DNA from: a virus
Taxonomy: Duplodnaviria; Caudoviricetes
Length of the DNA: 49,988 nt
IMG/VR virus record: IMGVR_UViG_3300040971_000365
Location: 1-49,988 of that record
Direction: 5' to 3' (one strand)
Shown: one piece after another, positions 46,141 through 49,988 of the stretch
How positions within the stretch are numbered: the stretch's first letter is position 1
Layout of the letters: every line of letters starts with the position of its first letter
Made by a program: the position numbers and the translations under genes
Notes under the pieces: generated by a model
Told to the model about the DNA's origin: nothing
The model's database searches: none
What the model saw: only the letters and a program-made list of their open reading frames with translations

Positions 46141-46898
46141 CACGCCACCTCCTTCAGTTGTTCAGCGACCGCCGGATTCCAGAGGATCTGGTAGCCGCTG
46201 TGGCCGTTGCGCGAGTACGGCATGGCTTCGGCCCATGCTTCACCGGCCTCAGTCAGCTCCCACTCGTCCCGGTCGTTGCGGAGCTGAAGGCCACTGGATG
46301 CCAGCAGCTGGTTCGTGGCCTTGGCTGAGCGATTCAGCAATTTGCCGAGCTGTGTGGCGTTAAGCGAGCAGATCGGCTCATTGGCGGCAGGCAAAGCGCG
46401 GCGCAGCACTTCCGTGGTCAGGCCGGTGTTTTCCTGAATGCAGGTCAACGTGGCAGCCATTGCAATGCCGGTCTTGACACCCGGCACCTTGGCGACCGCT
46501 TCGCCGATCAGCAGGATCGCAGTGACACGGTCATGGGTCGGCGCGGGCAAGGCTGCCACCGTGGTGGCGGCCGAATACCCGCCTGTCTTGCGGATCGCAG
46601 GCAACACTTCGCTGGTGATCCAGCGCTTGAAACGCTTGGCGGCATCCTTGGTGCTACCGAGGATCAGGGCGTAAAGGCCCGATTCATTGACGTGGTTCTG
46701 GCGTTGACGGCCACCCGCCGTAAGGGTCTCCAATTTCTGGAGATCCTCGGCATCGACGTGGGACTTGATCGCCTGAGACGGATTGCCCATCTCCAGCGCG
46801 TCGCAGACATCGGTGGCGTTGAACCACGGCTGCCCGAGTTCATCGACCTGGACGCGCACGGCATGCGCTTCGAACTGAAAGGGAATGATCGCGCTCAT
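46140..46898 (-). CDS. BRO-N domain antirepressor-like protein
   Basis: PWFNATDVC..L, VNESGLYALILGS...AKRFKRWITSEVLPAIRKTG. Confidence 0.9.
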   Translation of the reverse strand: MSAIIPFQFEAHAVRVQVDELGQPWFNATDVCDALEMGNPSQAIKSHVDAEDLQKLETLTAGGRQRQNHVNESGLYALILGSTKDAAKRFKRWITSEVLPAIRKTGGYSAATTVAALPAPTHDRVTAILLIGEAVAKVPGVKTGIAMAATLTCIQENTGLTTEVLRRALPAANEPICSLNATQLGKLLNRSAKATNQLLASSGLQLRNDRDEWELTEAGEAWAEAMPYSRNGHSGYQILWNPAVAEQLKEVA

Positions 46899-46900
46899 GA

Positions 46901-47188
46901 TCAGCCCTCCCACGACACGTCGGCGATACGGTCGGCTCCACGCGCGGCACGCTTGCGTACCTCGGTGTGGAGTTCTTCCAGCGCGGTGCGGCGGCGACCG
47001 AGCGCCAGCGATTCCGCGTTGGCCGTCTGGATAGCGAAGGCCAGTTCATCCACCGTGGCGGCATCGAGCGGGACAACGACGTCGTGGCCGTCCGCGCGGC
47101 GATACCGGATTTCGTCAGGCAGGTGTTCGCCGTAGATGGATGGCAGCTGTTGCCGCAGCGAGGCGATGAGATTGGTGCTCATGGTCAT
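46901..47188 (-). CDS. Hypothetical protein
   Basis: TAATG-coupled ORF in the early operon. Confidence 0.6.
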   Translation of the reverse strand: MTMSTNLIASLRQQLPSIYGEHLPDEIRYRRADGHDVVVPLDAATVDELAFAIQTANAESLALGRRRTALEELHTEVRKRAARGADRIADVSWEG

Positions 47189-47664
47189 TACTCCGAATCG
47201 ATAGAGAGGGTGAAAGACGGCTTGCCGGAATCCACGGTGCGAGCGGCGGCAAACTGCTGTTGCAAGGCAGGCGGCCAGTTCGTGAAACGGGATTCGGAGA
47301 CGGACAACTTGATGTCGAGGTAACCCTCGACCTTCTCGCCTGAGGCGACGATGCGTTCGGCGATTTCGGCCAGTTGCTTCTGATCCCAGCTGACCTTCTT
47401 GGGCAGCTCGAACTTCAGGTGCAGCGGGCCATCGCTGATGTGTGCGGTGCCGAAGTCACGGCCTGATTCGCGCAGCGCGGTACGGGCCTTCTCGCCGTAG
47501 CACTGATCCAGTGCCGCGTCGAACTTGGTGCGGGCCTTCTTGAGCCAGTCGATTGCCGCGTCGAGGTTTTTGTCGATCTCGTGTTTCTGCGCGGGCGGCA
47601 GTGCGGCCAGTTGGCTGACGGACATCTCGGCGATGTCGGCGGGGAAGATGGTGATGTCATTCAT
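47188..47664 (-). CDS. Hypothetical protein
   Basis: RBS GAGGAG. Contains LPKKVSWDQ..L, a conserved early-gene pattern. Confidence 0.7.
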   Translation of the reverse strand: MNDITIFPADIAEMSVSQLAALPPAQKHEIDKNLDAAIDWLKKARTKFDAALDQCYGEKARTALRESGRDFGTAHISDGPLHLKFELPKKVSWDQKQLAEIAERIVASGEKVEGYLDIKLSVSESRFTNWPPALQQQFAAARTVDSGKPSFTLSIDSE

Positions 47665-47675
47665 CGCATCTCTCC

Positions 47676-47939
47676 TCAAACCGCCGCGCGTTCGGATGTC
47701 GAGTCGTGCAGCGCTTCGCGCTCAAACTCGAGGATCGCGTCGACCGGGTAGCCGACACGCTTGGACAGCTTCAGGTAGCGTGGACCGCGCCCCTCACTGC
47801 GCCAGCGCTGCAAAGTCTTGGGGCTAACGCCCCAGCGTTGCGCGAGCTCGTTCTCGTTGAGCACGCGGCGGTCACCGGGTGACATGGTGTTGATCGCCTG
47901 CTGTGGCGACCGGGGGATACTGCTGGCTGGTGTCTGCAT
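47676..47939 (-). CDS. AlpA/excisionase-like HTH regulator
   Basis: LNENELAQRWGVSPKTLQRWR..G.GP.YLKL..RV.Y. RBS AGGAG. Confidence 0.85.
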   Translation of the reverse strand: MQTPASSIPRSPQQAINTMSPGDRRVLNENELAQRWGVSPKTLQRWRSEGRGPRYLKLSKRVGYPVDAILEFEREALHDSTSERAAV

Positions 47940-47990
47940 GGAATGCTCCTGTGACGTTGTTGAGTAACAGGTGTCATTCCAAACTTCGGG

Positions 47991-48045
47991 TGGCGAACCT
48001 TTAAGGGACGCAATGGCGAACCACGGCGAAACTCCAGGTTCGCCA
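47991..48045. promoter_or_regulatory. Clustered GGCGAA(C/A)C repeats upstream of the early operon (putative operators)
   Basis: TGGCGAACC at 47991 and 48014, GGCGAAAC at 48025, and inverted GGTTCGCCA at 48037. Confidence 0.55.
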
Positions 48046-48059
48046 ATGGGCCAGGGCAG

Positions 48060-48090
48060 AAACACAAACGGCGAGCACATGGCTCGCCGT
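48060..48090 (-). terminator. Intrinsic terminator after the recombinase operon
   Basis: Minus strand: ACGGCGAGC-catgt-GCTCGCCGT-TTGTGTTT. Confidence 0.6.
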
Positions 48091-48114
48091 CATCGGGTGT
48101 ATCCGGAGGGGAGA

Positions 48115-48579
48115 TCAGGCGTCGGAGAAACCGAGCAATCGGCGTTGCGCTGCCCAATCGCGCGGTAGTTGCTCTTGGCGGCCGCGCAAGGTGTGTAGAT
48201 TCAGGTGGCGTGGCTGACGTCCTTCGAATATCGCCTCCACGATATCGGGGGCCAGCATGGTCATGCGCAAGACCTCGGCAGCCCAGCCCGGTTCCACTTT
48301 CATGGCGCGCGCCAAGTCCGTTGTCGTGGGGTAGATGCCATCGTCGATCAAGCGCTTCCAGTAGAAGGCTTTGCCCAGCGTTTTGATCATCGGCACATCG
48401 AAGCCACCGATCCGGTCCGCAATTTCGGGGGCTGGCGGTATCAGCAGCTTCCGGTTCTGGCGGCGCTTGATCGTCAGGGGCACCAGGGTGACCCGCTGCC
48501 CCTCGCTGACATAACTGCGCGCCTCGGCTCCGATCTCGATACGGACGGCACGCTGGCGCTGGTGGCTCGTGGCATTCAT
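48115..48579 (-). CDS. Recombinase-associated HTH protein
   Basis: W..LIDDG.Y.T..DLA.......W...VLR...LAPDIVEAI.EG. ATGA-coupled to the recombinase. Confidence 0.7.
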   Translation of the reverse strand: MNATSHQRQRAVRIEIGAEARSYVSEGQRVTLVPLTIKRRQNRKLLIPPAPEIADRIGGFDVPMIKTLGKAFYWKRLIDDGIYPTTTDLARAMKVEPGWAAEVLRMTMLAPDIVEAIFEGRQPRHLNLHTLRGRQEQLPRDWAAQRRLLGFSDA

Positions 48580-49988
48580 GCCCAAACCTCCTCGACACGT
48601 TCTTGGGACTCTTCGATCAAGGGATGCGTGCTGATGTCCGCACCGAATCCGATCCAACCGTCCTCCCGCCAAACGATATCCAGGCCGTGCCCGTGTAGCT
48701 GCACGCGTTCGATTAACAGCCGTGTGATCCGTTGCTGCTCGGCAGGGAACAGTTGCGACCACACGTCACCGATGCGCTGCATGGCAACCACCACCTGTGC
48801 TTCGTCCAACGCCGCACCGACTGGATGCTGCTGGCAGGACCGCCATACAGCGATCAGCATTTGGGGCGATGAAAGCGCCGCATGGATTTGTGCCAGCACC
48901 GCTTCTTCGATCTCAGCGGCTGGCAGGTGGCCCACGTCCGGGGTATGCGGAGCCAGACTGGCACCTGCGTTGCGCCGCTTGTGCAGGTAAGGCACGTAGT
49001 AGCGGTACTGCCGACCGTTTTTCTTTTTCACGAAGGAGTGCAGCATGCGTTGGCCATCCGGTGCGAACAGCAGCCCCGCCAGCAATGCCGGATGCTTGGC
49101 ACGGTGTTCGCGCGGTGCCTGCTTTCGTCTCTCGATAAAGGCGTGTGCCGCGTCCCACAGCTCTTGAGAAATGATGGGGTCGTGCTGGGCCGAGTACCAC
49201 GTGTCGTGATTGCAGATCTCGCCAAGGTAGATGCGGTTTCGCAGCAAGGTAAAGAGGTACTGCTGATCGATGCTTCGCCCCAATCGCTCCCGGCCGGACT
49301 GGGTGACCCATGCCTTAGTGGTATGCCCTTCGATTTCCAATTCGCGGACGAGTCGCGCAGCCGAGCCGTGCTCGGCGTAGCGGCGGAAGATGTCACGTAC
49401 CAGCACGGCTTCACGTTCGTTGACGACGAGCTTGCGTTCGACCACGTCGTATCCGAGAGGTGGGACTCCGCCCATCCACATGCCCTTGGCCTTGCTGGCG
49501 GCGATCTTGTCACGGATGCGCTCGCCGGTGACCTCGCGTTCGAACTGCGCAAATGACAAAAGGATGTTGAGCGTCAATCGCCCCATCGATGTGGTGGTGT
49601 TGAACTGCTGCGTGACCGAGACGAAGGAGACGCCGTTGCGGTCGAACACGTCGACCAGCTTGGCGAAGTCCGGCAGGCTGCGCGTGAGGCGGTCGATTTT
49701 GTAGACGACCACGGTATCGATCTTCCCCGCTTCGATGTCGATCATCAGACGGCGCAACCCGGGCCGTTCCATGTTGCCGCCCGAGTAGCCGCCGTCGTCG
49801 TATCCGTCGTCGACGGCAATCCAGCCCTCATGCCGTTGGCTGGCAATAAAGGCCAAGCCCGCATCACGCTGTGCTTCGAGGCTGTTGTATTCCTGGTCGA
49901 GCCCTTCATCAGTGGACTTGCGGGTGTAGACGGCGCAGCGCTTCTTTGGCGTGATTGCGGGAGTTTGGTTTCGACGCACTGAGCTCAT
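48576..49988 (-). CDS. Large serine recombinase / integrase
   Basis: CAVYTRKS, YDDGGYSGG.M.RPGL, VYKIDRLTR, GG.PPLGY. Confidence 0.93.
   Translation of the reverse strand: MSSVRRNQTPAITPKKRCAVYTRKSTDEGLDQEYNSLEAQRDAGLAFIASQRHEGWIAVDDGYDDGGYSGGNMERPGLRRLMIDIEAGKIDTVVVYKIDRLTRSLPDFAKLVDVFDRNGVSFVSVTQQFNTTTSMGRLTLNILLSFAQFEREVTGERIRDKIAASKAKGMWMGGVPPLGYDVVERKLVVNEREAVLVRDIFRRYAEHGSAARLVRELEIEGHTTKAWVTQSGRERLGRSIDQQYLFTLLRNRIYLGEICNHDTWYSAQHDPIISQELWDAAHAFIERRKQAPREHRAKHPALLAGLLFAPDGQRMLHSFVKKKNGRQYRYYVPYLHKRRNAGASLAPHTPDVGHLPAAEIEEAVLAQIHAALSSPQMLIAVWRSCQQHPVGAALDEAQVVVAMQRIGDVWSQLFPAEQQRITRLLIERVQLHGHGLDIVWREDGWIGFGADISTHPLIEESQERVEEVWA

Larger units (their letters stand above)
12637..49988 (-). 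mobile_element. Lambda-like temperate siphovirus prophage; probably extends past the right edge and may include the left cargo
   Basis: Co-oriented recombinase, replication, packaging, head, tail and lysis modules. No att sites identified. Confidence 0.92.

Overview
Most of the window (about 12.6-50 kb, almost all on the minus strand) is a high-GC, lambda-like temperate siphophage prophage, probably from a betaproteobacterium. Read from right to left it encodes: a serine recombinase, early HTH/BRO genes, a Sak4-like ATPase, an SSB-like protein, a Cas4-like nuclease, a P4-type primase-helicase, a RuvC-like resolvase, a lambda-like cos site, two ParB-fused DNA methyltransferases, an opposite-strand cluster of small genes with four copies of a conserved hairpin/promoter-like repeat, terminase, portal, S49 protease, capsid, a non-contractile tail with an embedded GT2 glycosyltransferase, and a lysis cassette. 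Just downstream of the endolysin is a visibly lower-GC cargo island (about 5.2-12.6 kb). It holds a six-gene, largely translationally coupled operon: an RHH regulator, two alpha-class SPPY (probably m4C) methyltransferases, an orphan putative DNA-recognition subunit, an McrB-type GTPase with no DNA-binding domain, and an McrC-type nuclease. A stand-alone EVE-domain gene faces the operon. This looks like an LlaI/BsuMI-style multi-subunit restriction-modification system with an unusual methylase chemistry and is the best candidate for a new system. The left 5 kb encodes an AbiEii toxin, a zinc-finger protein and a serine recombinase-ParB-ParB triplet. All calls come from reading motifs by eye; no database searches were run.
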